Source: Alphaproteobacteria bacterium (lineage in GTDB: Bacteria > Pseudomonadota > Alphaproteobacteria > SHVW01). From it: 64,000 nt of DNA. Within the stretch, counting starts at the first letter, position 1, and the number at the start of each line of letters is the position of its first letter. This document shows, piece by piece, positions 26,805-39,584 of the stretch. A program made the translations under genes and the position numbers. The stretch covers positions 11,595 to 75,594 of the forward strand of contig SHVW01000002.1 in assembly GCA_009694085.1 (NCBI GenBank), written 5' to 3'. The notes beneath the pieces were generated by a model, which saw only the letters and a list, made by a program, of their open reading frames with translations, was not told the origin of the DNA and ran no database searches.

Positions 26805-27977
26805 ATGATCCCCAACGCGTTGCCCGCGCTCGATTTCGACCTGGGCGAAACGGCCGAGATGCTGCGCCAGAGCGTGCGCGATTTTTCCGCGATCGAAATC
26901 GCTCCGCGGGCCGGCGACATCGACCGCAGCAACGAATTCCCCGGGGATCTCTGGCGCAAGTTGGGCGATCTGGGCGTGCTTGGCGTCACGGTCGAGGAGG
27001 AGTATGGCGGCGCGGCCATGGGCTATCTGGAGCACTGCGTCGCCATGGAGGAGATCAGCCGGGCCTCGGCCTCGGTCGGCCTGTCCTATGGCGCGCACTC
27101 CAATCTGTGCGTCAACCAGATCCGGCGCAATGGCAACGATGCCCAGAGGCGGAAATACTTGCCCCGGCTGATCTCGGGCGAACATGTGGGCGCGCTCGCC
27201 ATGAGCGAACCTGGCGCTGGCTCCGACGTCGTCGGCATGAAAACGCGAGCGGTCAAGAAGGGCGACCGCTACGTGCTCAACGGGTCGAAGATGTGGATCA
27301 CCAATGGACCCGATGCCAACACCCTCGTGGTCTATGCCAAGACCGAGCCCGAGGCGGGCCCGCGCGGCATCACGGCTTTTCTGATCGAAAAGGGCATGAA
27401 GGGTTTTTCCACGGCCCAAAAGCTGGACAAGTTGGGCATGCGCGGCTCCAACACCTGCGAACTCGTGTTCCAGGATTGCGAGGTGCCGGCCGAGAACGTC
27501 CTGGGCGAGGTCAACAAGGGCGTCGCCGTGCTGATGAGTGGGCTCGACTACGAGCGCGCCGTGCTCGCCGCCGGGCCGCTCGGCATCATGCAGGCCTGCA
27601 TGGACGTGGTGCTGCCTTATGTGCATGAGCGCAAGCAGTTCGGCCAAGCTATCGGCAGCTTCCAGCTCATGCAGGGCAAACTGGCCGACATGTACACCAC
27701 CATGAATGCCTGCAAAGCATACGTCTATACCGTTGCCAAGGCCTGCGACCGCGGCCAGACCACGCGCAAGGACGCGGCTGGCGCCATCCTCTACGCCTCC
27801 GAGAAAGCGACCTGGATGGCGCTGGAGGCGATCCAGGTGCTGGGCGGCAACGGCTATATCAACGACTATCCCACGGGCCGCCTGTTGCGCGACGCTAAGC
27901 TCTATGAGATCGGCGCGGGTACTAGCGAGATTAGGCGCATGCTGATCGGGCGCGAATTGTTCGAGCAGAGCGCATAG
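26805..27977 (+). CDS. ivd: isovaleryl-CoA dehydrogenase
   Basis: 390-aa acyl-CoA dehydrogenase. [19 protein letters not shown]...[11 protein letters not shown]...[19 protein letters not shown]. liu-operon context. Confidence 0.85.
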   Translation: MIPNALPALDFDLGETAEMLRQSVRDFSAIEIAPRAGDIDRSNEFPGDLWRKLGDLGVLGVTVEEEYGGAAMGYLEHCVAMEEISRASASVGLSYGAHSNLCVNQIRRNGNDAQRRKYLPRLISGEHVGALAMSEPGAGSDVVGMKTRAVKKGDRYVLNGSKMWITNGPDANTLVVYAKTEPEAGPRGITAFLIEKGMKGFSTAQKLDKLGMRGSNTCELVFQDCEVPAENVLGEVNKGVAVLMSGLDYERAVLAAGPLGIMQACMDVVLPYVHERKQFGQAIGSFQLMQGKLADMYTTMNACKAYVYTVAKACDRGQTTRKDAAGAILYASEKATWMALEAIQVLGGNGYINDYPTGRLLRDAKLYEIGAGTSEIRRMLIGRELFEQSA

Positions 27978-27992
27978 GAAGAGGAGACAGTC

Positions 27993-28409
27993 ATGCCCGA
28001 AGTCAATCTACTCGCCGTCCTCGTTGCAGGACTTGTCGCCTTCGCTATTGGCGGTGTTTGGTATTCGCCCGTGTTGTTCGTCAAGCCTTGGATGGCGGCC
28101 CATGGCTATAGTGACGAGAAAATGGCGGCCATGAAGCAGAGCAATCCGCCCGCCCGCGCCATGATCGTGACGGCGGTTTGCCAGATCGTCATGGCTTATG
28201 TGGTCGCCGTCCTGCTCGCCTGGACCGGTATGGCCGGGTGGACTCGCGGCGTGGCGCTTGGTGTGCTGCTCTGGGTCGGGCTGGCCGGCGCGGTGGCGCT
28301 GATCGCCAACATGTTCTCGGACAAGCCGATCCGAGTGTTCGTCATCGAATCCGCGTATCAGCTCGTCTGCTTGATTGTGATGGGCGCGATTTTGGGCGCC
28401 TGGCGGTAG
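27993..28409 (+). CDS. DUF1761-like small integral membrane protein
   Basis: 138 aa, about 4 TM segments. The N-terminal GGVWYSPVLFVKPWM motif resembles DUF1761 (from memory). Confidence 0.6.
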   Translation: MPEVNLLAVLVAGLVAFAIGGVWYSPVLFVKPWMAAHGYSDEKMAAMKQSNPPARAMIVTAVCQIVMAYVVAVLLAWTGMAGWTRGVALGVLLWVGLAGAVALIANMFSDKPIRVFVIESAYQLVCLIVMGAILGAWR

Positions 28410-28426
28410 AGCGGAGGGCGCGGAGC

Positions 28427-29023
28427 ATGGCAATACCCATCACCATTCCCGCCCGCAAGGGCAAGGCGGCGCTGGTCGGCAAGGGTCAGAAAATCCGTGT
28501 CATCAATACTCATGGTCAGCAGGTGGTCGATACCTGGGCGTTTAACCGGGACGATGTGCATGAGTTCATGTCGATGGAGCACAGCCGCGCCTCGCTATCT
28601 TCGATTTTCTGCCGGCCCGGGCGCAGCATGGTAACCAACAAGCGGCTGCCCATCCTGACCGTGGTGGAGGATCGCAGCGGCGGCATCCACGACACCTTGA
28701 TCGCCGCTTGCGACCGCCACCGCTATCGTCAACTCGGCTGCAAGGAGTATCACGACAATTGTACGGATAATCTGCACGCCGCCATGCGCGAGATCGGGCT
28801 GACCGCGCCCGAGACGCCTGGCCCATGGAACCTGTTCATGAACATACCGGTTTCGGGCGATAACGGGCTGGGCTGGGAGCCGCCGGTGTGCAAGCCAGGC
28901 GACTGGATTCTGTTGCGGGCCGAGATGGATCTAGCGATCGTGTTTTCCGCCTGCCCGCAGGATATAATCCCGATCAACGGTGTCGGCATGAAGCCGACCG
29001 AGGCCCATTTCGAAATTCTCTAG
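28427..29023 (+). CDS. DUF1989-family protein (urea/guanidine-carboxylase-associated protein family)
   Basis: IPARKGKAALVGKGQKIRVINTHGQQVVDTWAF...FMSMEHSRA...IHDTLIAACD...NLFMNIPV...LRAEMD...FSACPQD is the characteristic DUF1989 pattern. Confidence 0.75.
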   Translation: MAIPITIPARKGKAALVGKGQKIRVINTHGQQVVDTWAFNRDDVHEFMSMEHSRASLSSIFCRPGRSMVTNKRLPILTVVEDRSGGIHDTLIAACDRHRYRQLGCKEYHDNCTDNLHAAMREIGLTAPETPGPWNLFMNIPVSGDNGLGWEPPVCKPGDWILLRAEMDLAIVFSACPQDIIPINGVGMKPTEAHFEIL

Positions 29024-29037
29024 GGGGAGCCTGAACA

Positions 29038-29658
29038 ATGGCGACGGTGACCGATTTTCGCTCGATGGACGAGAGCACGGCCGAGGACTGGCGATTGGTC
29101 GCCCAATCCGTCTCGGGCGACAGTTCCGGTATGGCAGACGTGGCACTCGACATGCTGAAGCGGCTCAAGGGTTCCAGCCTATGCATGCCAGTCGATCCCT
29201 ATGAGCATTCCCTGCAAACCGCAACGCGCGCCCACAAGGATGGCGCGGAGGAAGAGCTGGTGGTGTGCGCCCTGCTGCACGACATCGGCGACCTGGCGGC
29301 GCCCCAGAACCACGCCGAACTCGCCGCCGCCATCGTGCGGCCCTATGTGTCCGACCTCAATCACGGCGTCGTTCTGCTGCACGAAATTTTCCAGGGCTAT
29401 CATTATTTCGACAAGGTCGGGCTCGACCGCAATCTGCGCGACCGCTTTCGCGGCCACCCCGCTTATGCGCGCACCGCCGAGTTCTGCGCCAAATGGGACC
29501 AGTCCTCCTTCGACAAGAATTATCAATCCATGCCGTTGGAGGCCTTCGAGCCGATATTGCGCCGGGTCTTTGCTCGGCCGCCCTATGGCGGCAATCGCAC
29601 GCCCCATGTGGACTACATGGGCTTTCGCATCAACATGATCCCTGGCCAGGCGGCCTGA
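29038..29658 (+). CDS. HD-domain protein, COG4341/PhnZ-like (possible diiron oxygenase rather than phosphohydrolase)
   Basis: EHSLQTA (H) ... LLHDIGD (HD) ... NHAELAA (H) ... LLHEIFQGYHYF (H) ... KWDQSSFD (D). This is the H..HD..H..H..D ligand pattern. Confidence 0.65.
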   Translation: MATVTDFRSMDESTAEDWRLVAQSVSGDSSGMADVALDMLKRLKGSSLCMPVDPYEHSLQTATRAHKDGAEEELVVCALLHDIGDLAAPQNHAELAAAIVRPYVSDLNHGVVLLHEIFQGYHYFDKVGLDRNLRDRFRGHPAYARTAEFCAKWDQSSFDKNYQSMPLEAFEPILRRVFARPPYGGNRTPHVDYMGFRINMIPGQAA

Positions 29659-29662
29659 TACG

Positions 29663-30346
29663 ATGCCAACTGTTCTCATCACAGGCGCTGGCCGTGGTAT
29701 CGGCCTCGAATTCACCCGCCAATACGCGGCCCAGGGCTGGCAGGTCCTGGCCTGCGCGCGCGATTCCGACAAGGCCGAGCTTAAGGTGATTGCCGGTCAA
29801 GTCAGCCGCCATCGCCTCGATGTGACTGGCCCGGCCAGCGTGGCGGCGTTGGCACGCGAACTCGATGGCGTCGCAATCGACGTTCTGATCAACAATGCCG
29901 GCATCTATGGTCAGCCCAAGGGGAGCGGCGGCTTCGGCGACATCGATTACGCCATGTGGGAGCAGACGATCCGCGTCAACGTCTTCGGCCCCATGCGGGT
30001 GGCCGAGGCGCTGCTGCCCCTTGTGGAGCGCGGCGACCGCAAGGTCATGGCCTTTATCTCTAGCCGCATGGGCTCGATCGCGGAGAACCCCGGCGGCGCC
30101 TATGTCTATCGGTCAAGCAAGACGATGCTGAACGGCGTGGTCAAGGGCCTGGCCGGCGACCTCAAGAGCAAAGGCATCATCGCCGTCGCCTTCCATCCCG
30201 GCTGGGTGCGCACCGACATGGGCGGCGCCAGCGCCACGCTATCGACCGAGCAAAGCGTGACCGGCTTGCGCAACGTGATCCTAGGCCTAACCCCGGCCGA
30301 TAGCGGCCGGTTTCTCAACCACGACGGCACGGCCATTCCCTGGTAA
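29663..30346 (+). CDS. short-chain dehydrogenase/reductase (SDR)
   Basis: [13 protein letters not shown] (TGxxxGxG), NNAG, YRSSK (YxxxK). Confidence 0.85.
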   Translation: MPTVLITGAGRGIGLEFTRQYAAQGWQVLACARDSDKAELKVIAGQVSRHRLDVTGPASVAALARELDGVAIDVLINNAGIYGQPKGSGGFGDIDYAMWEQTIRVNVFGPMRVAEALLPLVERGDRKVMAFISSRMGSIAENPGGAYVYRSSKTMLNGVVKGLAGDLKSKGIIAVAFHPGWVRTDMGGASATLSTEQSVTGLRNVILGLTPADSGRFLNHDGTAIPW

Positions 30347-30353
30347 TTATGTC

Positions 30354-31487
30354 ATGCAGCTCTCCGAAGATCAGATCATGATCCGCGACATGGCACGCGA
30401 GTTTGCCCGGGAAAAACTTGCCCCCGGCGCGGCCGAGCGCGACCGGAGTTCGGCTTTTCCGCGCGCCGCCGTCGACGAGATGGGGCAACTAGGCCTAATG
30501 GGGATGCTGGTGCCGGAAGCCTGGGGCGGGTCGGCGGCCGATCATGTGGCCTATGCGCTGGCACTTGAGGAGATCGCGGCCGGCGACGGCGCCTGTTCCA
30601 CCATCATGAGCGTGCACAATTCGGTTGGCTGCATGCCGGTCCTGAAGTTCGGTACGACCGAACAGAAGAAGCGCTTCCTGGAGCCGATGGCGCGGGGCGA
30701 AATGCTGGCGGCCTTCTGCTTGACCGAGCCCCAGGCCGGCTCCGACGCCTCCGCGATCAAGACCCGCGCCCGGCGCGAGGGCAATCACTGGGTGCTCAAC
30801 GGCACCAAACAGTTCATCACCTCAGGTTCCGAGGCCGATCTTGCCATCGTCTTCGCCGTGACTAGTCCAGATCGGGGCAAGAAGGGCATCAGCGCCTTCA
30901 TCGTGCCGACCGACACGGCGGGCTACACGGTCGCGCGCACGGAACGCAAACTCGGCCTGAAATCCTCCGACACCTGCCAGATCGTGTTCGAGGATTGCCG
31001 GCTCACGCCCGACCTCATGCTGGGCCAGGAGGGCGAGGGCTACAAGATCGCGCTCGCCAATCTGGAGGGCGGACGCATCGGCATCGGCGCCCAGGCCGTC
31101 GGCATGGCGCGCGCGGCGCACGAGGCGGCACTTTCCTATGCGCGCGAGCGGCAGTCCTTCGGCACCGCCATTATCAACCACCAGGCCGTCGGCTTCCGGT
31201 TGGCCGATATGGCGACCAAACTGGAGGCGGCGCATCTGCTCGTGCTCAACGCCGCGCGCCTACGAGACGCCGGCGAGCCCTGCTTGAAAGAGGCCTGCAT
31301 GGCCAAGCTGTTCGCCTCGGAGATGGCGGAAGAGGTCTGCTCGGCGGCCATTCAGGTCCATGGCGGTTATGGCTATCTCAACGATTTTCCGGTCGAGCGC
31401 ATCTATCGCGACGTGCGCGTGTGCCAGATCTACGAGGGCACCAGCGACGTGCAACGCCTGGTCATCGCCCGGCAGTTGATGGCTTGA
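30354..31487 (+). CDS. acyl-CoA dehydrogenase (short/branched-chain type)
   Basis: 377-aa [22 protein letters not shown]...[16 protein letters not shown]. Confidence 0.85.
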   Translation: MQLSEDQIMIRDMAREFAREKLAPGAAERDRSSAFPRAAVDEMGQLGLMGMLVPEAWGGSAADHVAYALALEEIAAGDGACSTIMSVHNSVGCMPVLKFGTTEQKKRFLEPMARGEMLAAFCLTEPQAGSDASAIKTRARREGNHWVLNGTKQFITSGSEADLAIVFAVTSPDRGKKGISAFIVPTDTAGYTVARTERKLGLKSSDTCQIVFEDCRLTPDLMLGQEGEGYKIALANLEGGRIGIGAQAVGMARAAHEAALSYARERQSFGTAIINHQAVGFRLADMATKLEAAHLLVLNAARLRDAGEPCLKEACMAKLFASEMAEEVCSAAIQVHGGYGYLNDFPVERIYRDVRVCQIYEGTSDVQRLVIARQLMA

Positions 31488-31503
31488 TTTGGAGAGTGTG
31501 ATC

Positions 31504-32106
31504 ATGCCCGCGCCGGTCGAGTTCTATTTCGATTTCTCCTCACCCTATGGCTATCTCGCCTCGACGCGGATCGACAAGCTGTGCGAGAATCATGGCCGCG
31601 CCGTGGGCTGGCATCCGATCTTGCTCGGTGTGGTTTTCAAGGAAACCGGCGGCGCGCCGCTGACCACGATCCCGCTTAAGGGCGACTATTCCAAGCGCGA
31701 CTTCGTGCGTACCGCGGCCTTTCACGGCATCAAGTTCACGCCCCCGCCGGTCTTTCCCATCCCGACCCAACAGGCCGCGCGTGCCTTCTACTGGGTGCAG
31801 CAGCAGAATCCGGGTGCCGCCAAGGCCCTGGCCAAGAAACTGTTTGAGGCCTATTTCGCCGAGGCGCGCAACATCTCGAGTGCCGAGGCCGTGGCCGACA
31901 TCGCGGCCTCGCTCGGCCACGACAAGGCAGCCGTGCTGGCTGCCGTCAACGATCCCGCCATCAAGGACCGGCTGCGTCAGGAATGCGAGGCGGCCCTGAA
32001 GAAGGGCGTGTTCGGCTCGCCCTTCATCGTCGTCGATGGCGAGCCGTTCTGGGGCTCCGATCGCCTCGACCAGGTGGATAAATGGCTCGAAACTGGCGGG
32101 TGGTGA
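31504..32106 (+). CDS. 2-hydroxychromene-2-carboxylate isomerase family protein (DsbA-like/kappa-GST fold)
   Basis: VEFYFDFSSPYGYLAS...GVFGSPFIVVDGEPFWGSDRL is the family pattern. Confidence 0.75.
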   Translation: MPAPVEFYFDFSSPYGYLASTRIDKLCENHGRAVGWHPILLGVVFKETGGAPLTTIPLKGDYSKRDFVRTAAFHGIKFTPPPVFPIPTQQAARAFYWVQQQNPGAAKALAKKLFEAYFAEARNISSAEAVADIAASLGHDKAAVLAAVNDPAIKDRLRQECEAALKKGVFGSPFIVVDGEPFWGSDRLDQVDKWLETGGW

Positions 32107-32157
32107 CCGCGCCAGGCCGTTGACGTCGGTCAAGTCGCCGCATTCAAGGAGTTGTTC

Positions 32158-32781
32158 ATGGAAATCGCCATTTTGACTTTCGATCAATTCAACGAGATGG
32201 ATTCATTCGTCGTGGCCCACCTTCTCAATCGCCTGTCGCCTCAGGGCTGGCACGCCTATATCACGGCGCCAAGCGATCGGGTGACCTCGCGCAATGGCGT
32301 AGCGGTCGACGCGCAGCGGCCGCTGGAGTTCACCGCGACCGCCGACGCCGTGGTCGTCGGCAGCGGTTGGCTGACCCAGGAGATCGCCCAGGATACGGCG
32401 CTGCTTGGTCGCATCGCTCTCGATCCGCAACGGCAATTGATCGCATCTCAGTGCTCGGGCGCCCTCATCCTCGCCCGCCTCGGATTGCTCGCCGGTCAAC
32501 CGGTCTGCACCGATCAATTCACTCGCCAGGCGATCGCCCGCACCGGTGCGCAGGTGCTGGACACCCCCTTCCATGCGCGGGGCAATCTGGCGACGGCCGG
32601 CGGATGCCTGTCGTCCCAGTACATCGCAACCTGGATGATCGCCCGGCGGCTTGGTCTGGCCGAGGCCGAGAAGGTGATCCGGTTGGTCGCCCCCGTCGGC
32701 GAGGTGGCAGGGTATGTCGATCGCGCGCTCCAAGCGGTTCGCCCCTTTGTCGCCAACGCGCCCGTGAATTCGGCGGCCTAG
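32158..32781 (+). CDS. DJ-1/PfpI-family protein
   Basis: [12 protein letters not shown]...VVVGSG...[16 protein letters not shown] (nucleophile-elbow Cys). ATG 32158 is preceded by AAGGAG. Confidence 0.7.
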   Translation: MEIAILTFDQFNEMDSFVVAHLLNRLSPQGWHAYITAPSDRVTSRNGVAVDAQRPLEFTATADAVVVGSGWLTQEIAQDTALLGRIALDPQRQLIASQCSGALILARLGLLAGQPVCTDQFTRQAIARTGAQVLDTPFHARGNLATAGGCLSSQYIATWMIARRLGLAEAEKVIRLVAPVGEVAGYVDRALQAVRPFVANAPVNSAA

Positions 32782-32798
32782 CTCGAAAGAATTCTCCC

Positions 32799-34406
32799 AT
32801 GTCCGCTCTGACATCGACCCTCGACCCACGCGCGGACGATTTCAAGCGCAACCGGGACGCTATGGCGGCCCAGGTCGAGGATCTGCGCCGGGTGGTTCAG
32901 CAGGTCAAACTCGGCGGCGGCGAGGAGGCCAGGGCCAAACATCTGGCGCGGGGCAAGTTGCTGCCGCGCGAGCGCGTGCGCGCCCTGCTCGATGTTGGGT
33001 CGCCGTTCCTGGAGCTGTCCCAGCTCGCGGCCTGGGGCATGTATGGCGGCGACATCGCGGCGGCCGGCATCATCACCGGCATCGGCCGGATCGCCGGGCG
33101 GGAATGCATGGTGGTGTGCAACGACGCCACCGTGAAGGGCGGCACCTATTTCCCCATGACGGTGAAGAAGCATGTGCGTGCCCAGGAGATCGCGCGCCAG
33201 AACAATCTGCCCTGCATCTATCTCGTCGATTCCGGCGGCGCCAATCTGCCCAACCAGGACGAGGTGTTTCCCGACCGCGACCATTTCGGCCGCATTTTCT
33301 ACAACCAAGCCACGATGTCGGCGGCCGGCATCCCGCAGGTGGCTGTGGTCATGGGCAGTTGCACCGCCGGCGGTGCCTATGTGCCCGCCATGTCGGATGA
33401 AAGCATTATCGTCAAGAACCAGGGCACCATCTTCCTCGGTGGCCCGCCCCTGGTGAAAGCGGCAACCGGCGAAGTCGTGACGGCAGAAGAGTTGGGCGGC
33501 GCGGACGTGCACGCCCGGGTCTCCGGCGTGACCGATCACCTGGCCAATGATGACGCCCACGCGCTCGCCATTGCGCGCCGCATCGTCGCCAATTTCAACC
33601 GAACTAAGCATCCGGGCCTGGAGTTCACGGAACCCCGTCCGCCGACCTACGATCCGCAGGAAATCTATGGCGTGGTGCCGGCTGACACGCGCAAGCCCTA
33701 TGACATTCGCGAGATCATCGCGCGCGTGGCGGACGCCAGCGCGTTCGACGAGTTCAAGCTACTCTACGGTGCGACGCTGGTAACTGGCTTCGCCCGCATT
33801 TGGGGCTATCCCGTCGGGATCATTGGGAATAATGGCATTCTGTTCTCCGAATCGGCCCTCAAGGGCGCTCATTTCGTCGAACTTTGCTGCCAGCGCGGTG
33901 TGCCCCTGATCTTCCTACAGAACATCACGGGCTTCATGGTCGGCAAGAAATACGAGGCCGGTGGCATCGCACGCGACGGCGCCAAGATGGTGACCGCCGT
34001 ATCCTGCGCCAACGTCCCGAAGTTTACTGTCATCGTTGGCGGTTCCTTCGGTGCGGGCAATTATGGCATGTGCGGGCGCGCCTTTGGGCCGCGCATGCTG
34101 TGGATGTGGCCGAATGCGCGCATCTCCGTCATGGGTGGCGAGCAGGCCGCTGCCGTGCTGGCCCAGGTCCGACGCGACAATTTGGAGGCCAAGGGCGGTG
34201 CCTGGTCTGCGGCGGACGAGGAAAAGTTCAAGGCGCCGATCCGCGCCCAGTACGAGACCCAGGGTCACCCCTATTATGCCAGTGCACGGCTATGGGACGA
34301 TGGCGTGATCGACCCGGCGGAAACGCGCATGGTTCTGGGCCTGGCACTCTCCGCGGCGCTTAACGCGCCGATCGAGCCGACGCGGTTCGGCGTATTTCGG
34401 ATGTAA
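32799..34406 (+). CDS. mccB: 3-methylcrotonyl-CoA carboxylase beta subunit (carboxyltransferase)
   Basis: 535 aa. [18 protein letters not shown]...[18 protein letters not shown]...[14 protein letters not shown] portion 32367-32798 overlaps the DJ-1 gene and was discarded. Confidence 0.9.
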   Translation: MSALTSTLDPRADDFKRNRDAMAAQVEDLRRVVQQVKLGGGEEARAKHLARGKLLPRERVRALLDVGSPFLELSQLAAWGMYGGDIAAAGIITGIGRIAGRECMVVCNDATVKGGTYFPMTVKKHVRAQEIARQNNLPCIYLVDSGGANLPNQDEVFPDRDHFGRIFYNQATMSAAGIPQVAVVMGSCTAGGAYVPAMSDESIIVKNQGTIFLGGPPLVKAATGEVVTAEELGGADVHARVSGVTDHLANDDAHALAIARRIVANFNRTKHPGLEFTEPRPPTYDPQEIYGVVPADTRKPYDIREIIARVADASAFDEFKLLYGATLVTGFARIWGYPVGIIGNNGILFSESALKGAHFVELCCQRGVPLIFLQNITGFMVGKKYEAGGIARDGAKMVTAVSCANVPKFTVIVGGSFGAGNYGMCGRAFGPRMLWMWPNARISVMGGEQAAAVLAQVRRDNLEAKGGAWSAADEEKFKAPIRAQYETQGHPYYASARLWDDGVIDPAETRMVLGLALSAALNAPIEPTRFGVFRM

Positions 34407-34408
34407 GC

Positions 34409-35224
34409 ATGACCGAGATTCCCGTCCTGATCGATATCGACACCAGATCCGGCGTGGGCCGGCTGACGCTTAATCGGCCGAAGCTGCACAACGCTTTCGA
34501 CGAGATCGCGATCGCGCGCGTGACTGAGGCGGTGGAGCTGCTTGACCGCGACGACCAAGTCCGCGTCATCGTGATCGCCGGCAACGGCAAGAGTTTTTCC
34601 GCCGGTGGCGATCTCAACTGGATGCGCCGGATGGCCGATTTTACGCCCGAGGAGAACGAGGCGGATGGGCGCCGCCTTGCGGCCATGTTCCAGGCCATCG
34701 ATCTCGCGCGCAAACCCACGGTGGCCCGTGTCCATGGCAATGCCTTTGCCGGTGCGACCGGAATCATTTCTGCCTGCGACATCGCAGTGGCCGCGGAAGG
34801 CACGGTGTTTTCGCTGAGCGAAGTCAGGCTCGGCTTGGTACCTGCCACCATCTCGCCCTATGTGATCCGCGCCATCGGTGAGCGCCACGCCCGGCGCATT
34901 CTGTTGACGGCGGAGCGCTTCGGTGCGGCCGAGGCGCTGCGCATGGGGCTGGTCCACATGGTCGTGCCCGAGGCGGAATTGGATGCCGCGGTCGATCGGG
35001 TTATCGCCGACCTGCTCGCCGGCGCCACCTCATCCCAGGGGCGCGCCAAAGAGCTCATTCGCTTCGTCGCCAGCCGTCCCATCGACGAGGGCGTGATTGC
35101 CGAGACCGCACGCTGCATCGCCGCTGCCCGTGCTTCGCTCGAGGGGCGGGAGGGCCTGGCCGCCTTTTTTGCCAAGCGCGAACCGACCTGGCGAACGAAG
35201 CTGCCGAGCGCCAAGAAATCATGA
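34409..35224 (+). CDS. liuC: enoyl-CoA hydratase (methylglutaconyl-CoA hydratase-like)
   Basis: Crotonase fold: LNRPKLHNAFD...VIAGNGKSFSAGGDLNWM...GNAFAGATG. Lies between mccB and mccA. Confidence 0.8.
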   Translation: MTEIPVLIDIDTRSGVGRLTLNRPKLHNAFDEIAIARVTEAVELLDRDDQVRVIVIAGNGKSFSAGGDLNWMRRMADFTPEENEADGRRLAAMFQAIDLARKPTVARVHGNAFAGATGIISACDIAVAAEGTVFSLSEVRLGLVPATISPYVIRAIGERHARRILLTAERFGAAEALRMGLVHMVVPEAELDAAVDRVIADLLAGATSSQGRAKELIRFVASRPIDEGVIAETARCIAAARASLEGREGLAAFFAKREPTWRTKLPSAKKS

Positions 35225-36381
35225 GTGCCGTCACGCCCGGGCGGATTAGGTCCTGGCTGGTGGATAAACATCTGCCGCTCTGGCGCGGCGCCGGAATGGA
35301 TCGCACCCATGGAGGCTTCTACGAACGCCTGGACAGCCAGGGCCGACCGCTCGACCTGCGCTACAAGCGCACCATGGTGCAGTGCCGGCAGATCTTCGTT
35401 CATGCCCACGCCGCCAGCCTGAGGCTACCGGGCGCCGATCTCGCGCCCGTGCGGCACGGCCTGGCCTTCCTCATGGATCGCTGTCGCAATTGCGAGACGG
35501 GCGCCTGGGCCTTTAAGGTGACCCCGGCAGGCGAGCCGCTCGATCGGACGATCGACACCTACAGCCTCGCCTTCGTGCTATTCGGTCTGGCCCATGCCGG
35601 TCGTGTACTGGGCGACAAGGCGGCGCTCGCGGAGGCCGGTCAATTGCTAGGCACAATGGACCGCCATCTGGCCCTGGCACATGGCGGCTATCATGCCGTG
35701 GCCGAACCGGATTGGACGCGGCGGCCCGATCTCAACCGCCAGAACCCGAATATGCATCTGACCGAGGCGTTCCTAGCGCTGTTTGAGGCGACGGGCAACG
35801 CGCTCTATCGCAACCGCGCCGTTGTGCTCGTCGATCTTCTGGTTCATCGGCTGTTCGACGGGGCGAGCGGCACGCTCGGCGAGTATTTCGATGGCGATTG
35901 GCGCCCGGACATCGCCACCGGTCACCGGGTTGAGCCCGGCCATCATTTCGAATGGTGCTGGCTACTCCACTGCTTCGCCCGTATCTTCGAACGGCCCGAC
36001 GTCTTGGCAATCGCCGACGCCCTGTTCGCCCATGCCGATCACCAGGGCGTCGACCGTACACGCGGCGGCGTCTATGACGAGATCGACCGCTCCGGCCGCG
36101 TTCTCGTCGATAGTAAGCGCATCTGGCCGCTCACCGAATACATCAAGGCCCTGGCGGCACGGCTGGAATCCGGCGGTGCGCGCGCCGACCGGGCGGCTCT
36201 GGATCGCGCGCTCGGTTGGATCTTCGAGCATTATCTGCTGCCCGATGGGCGCTGGCGCGAACACTTGGCCGCCGATCTCTCCGTCACCAACGACCAAATG
36301 CCGGGCAGCACGAGCTATCATATCGTGTTGGCCCTGACCGAAGCGGCGCACGCACTCGATCCGGATTGGGCGAGGGGGTAG
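35221..36381 (+). CDS. N-acylglucosamine 2-epimerase (AGE)/(alpha/alpha)6-barrel family protein
   Basis: WLVDKHLPLWRGAGMDRTHGGFYERLD...QNPNMHLTEAFLAL...EPGHHFEWCWLL...RIWPLTEYIKA is the AGE-family pattern. 4-nt overlap with the liuC stop. Confidence 0.7.
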   Translation: MSAVTPGRIRSWLVDKHLPLWRGAGMDRTHGGFYERLDSQGRPLDLRYKRTMVQCRQIFVHAHAASLRLPGADLAPVRHGLAFLMDRCRNCETGAWAFKVTPAGEPLDRTIDTYSLAFVLFGLAHAGRVLGDKAALAEAGQLLGTMDRHLALAHGGYHAVAEPDWTRRPDLNRQNPNMHLTEAFLALFEATGNALYRNRAVVLVDLLVHRLFDGASGTLGEYFDGDWRPDIATGHRVEPGHHFEWCWLLHCFARIFERPDVLAIADALFAHADHQGVDRTRGGVYDEIDRSGRVLVDSKRIWPLTEYIKALAARLESGGARADRAALDRALGWIFEHYLLPDGRWREHLAADLSVTNDQMPGSTSYHIVLALTEAAHALDPDWARG

Positions 36382-36384
36382 GCT

Positions 36385-38412
<2,028 letters not shown>

Positions 38413-38521
38413 CAGCCTAAGATAGCGCTCCATCTATTCCAGATTGAATTCGCGAAGCGTCCTGTTTAGGATCGATCCAAGCATCAATCGAGACACAGAA
38501 GGCAACGGGGAGAATCGAGCC

Positions 38522-39565
38522 ATGTCGCAGGGAATTGGACGCCGGACTTTTCTTGGTGCCGCCGCCGGTGCCGCCGTCATTTCGCCCACTGCCACGGCCT
38601 TCGCCCAGACCCAGGATTTGATCGTCAACGGCTATGGCGGATCGTGGGAGAAGTTCTGGCGCGAATCGATCCTGCCGGATTTCGAGAAGTCGAGCGGCAT
38701 CAAGACCAAATACGATAGTGGCCTCGCGCGCACTTGGACCGCCAATCTGCGTGCGGCCGGCGTGGATAAGCCGCCCTATTCGTTCATCATGATGAACGAG
38801 GTTTTCGCCTCGCTCCTGCGCGGCGAGGGCTATTTCGAGCCCTGGCCGATGGACAAGGTGCCCAATCTGCGCCATGTCCATCCCGAGGCGAAATACCCCG
38901 ACAATAATGGCGTATTCGCCATGATCTCGCCGATCGGGCTCGGCTACCGCACCGACATGGTGAAGAAGGCGCCGACTTCGTGGAAGGATCTTTGGGAGAA
39001 TCCCGAATTCAAGGGCAAGACCGGCATGTACCAGATCGGCAATTCCGCAGGCTATATGTTCCTGATGCTGGTCTCGAAGATTTTCGGTAAGGGCGCACTC
39101 GATTTCGATGCCGGGTTCCGAGAGATCGAAAAGCTCAAGCCGTTCCCCCAGGTTGACTTCTCCGGCACCATGGGCCAGCTCATCACGCGCGGCGAGGTCG
39201 CCATCGGTATCCTCGATTTGCCCGAGGTGGTTCGGCTGCGCCGTGCCGGCGCGCCCGTCGCCTTCGCCGCTCCGGCGGAGGGCATGTTCATGTTCGAGCA
39301 GTCGTTCAACCTGCTCAAGAACGGCACGGCCAAAGACGCCTCGTGTAAATACCTGGATTACATGCTGTCGGCGGAGATGCAGCGTCGCGCGGTTGCCGAG
39401 TTCTTCATCACGCCCGTCAATGTCAACGTGGCGATTCCGGACGATCTTAAATCGGTGTTGCCAATCGGCGTCAACGATATCGGCAAGATCCTGAAATGGG
39501 ATTGGGCGGCGGCCAATGCCCAGCGCGATACCGTGACGGAGCGCTGGAACCGCGTGATGCGCTAA
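38522..39565 (+). CDS. ABC transporter substrate-binding protein (PotD/PotF-like), Tat-type signal
   Basis: MSQGIGRRTFLGAAAGAAVISPTATAFAQ (twin-arginine-like RRxFLG), then an extracellular solute-binding family 1-like sequence. Confidence 0.8.
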   Translation: MSQGIGRRTFLGAAAGAAVISPTATAFAQTQDLIVNGYGGSWEKFWRESILPDFEKSSGIKTKYDSGLARTWTANLRAAGVDKPPYSFIMMNEVFASLLRGEGYFEPWPMDKVPNLRHVHPEAKYPDNNGVFAMISPIGLGYRTDMVKKAPTSWKDLWENPEFKGKTGMYQIGNSAGYMFLMLVSKIFGKGALDFDAGFREIEKLKPFPQVDFSGTMGQLITRGEVAIGILDLPEVVRLRRAGAPVAFAAPAEGMFMFEQSFNLLKNGTAKDASCKYLDYMLSAEMQRRAVAEFFITPVNVNVAIPDDLKSVLPIGVNDIGKILKWDWAAANAQRDTVTERWNRVMR

Positions 39566-39584
39566 GCATCTGCGCATTCGACCG

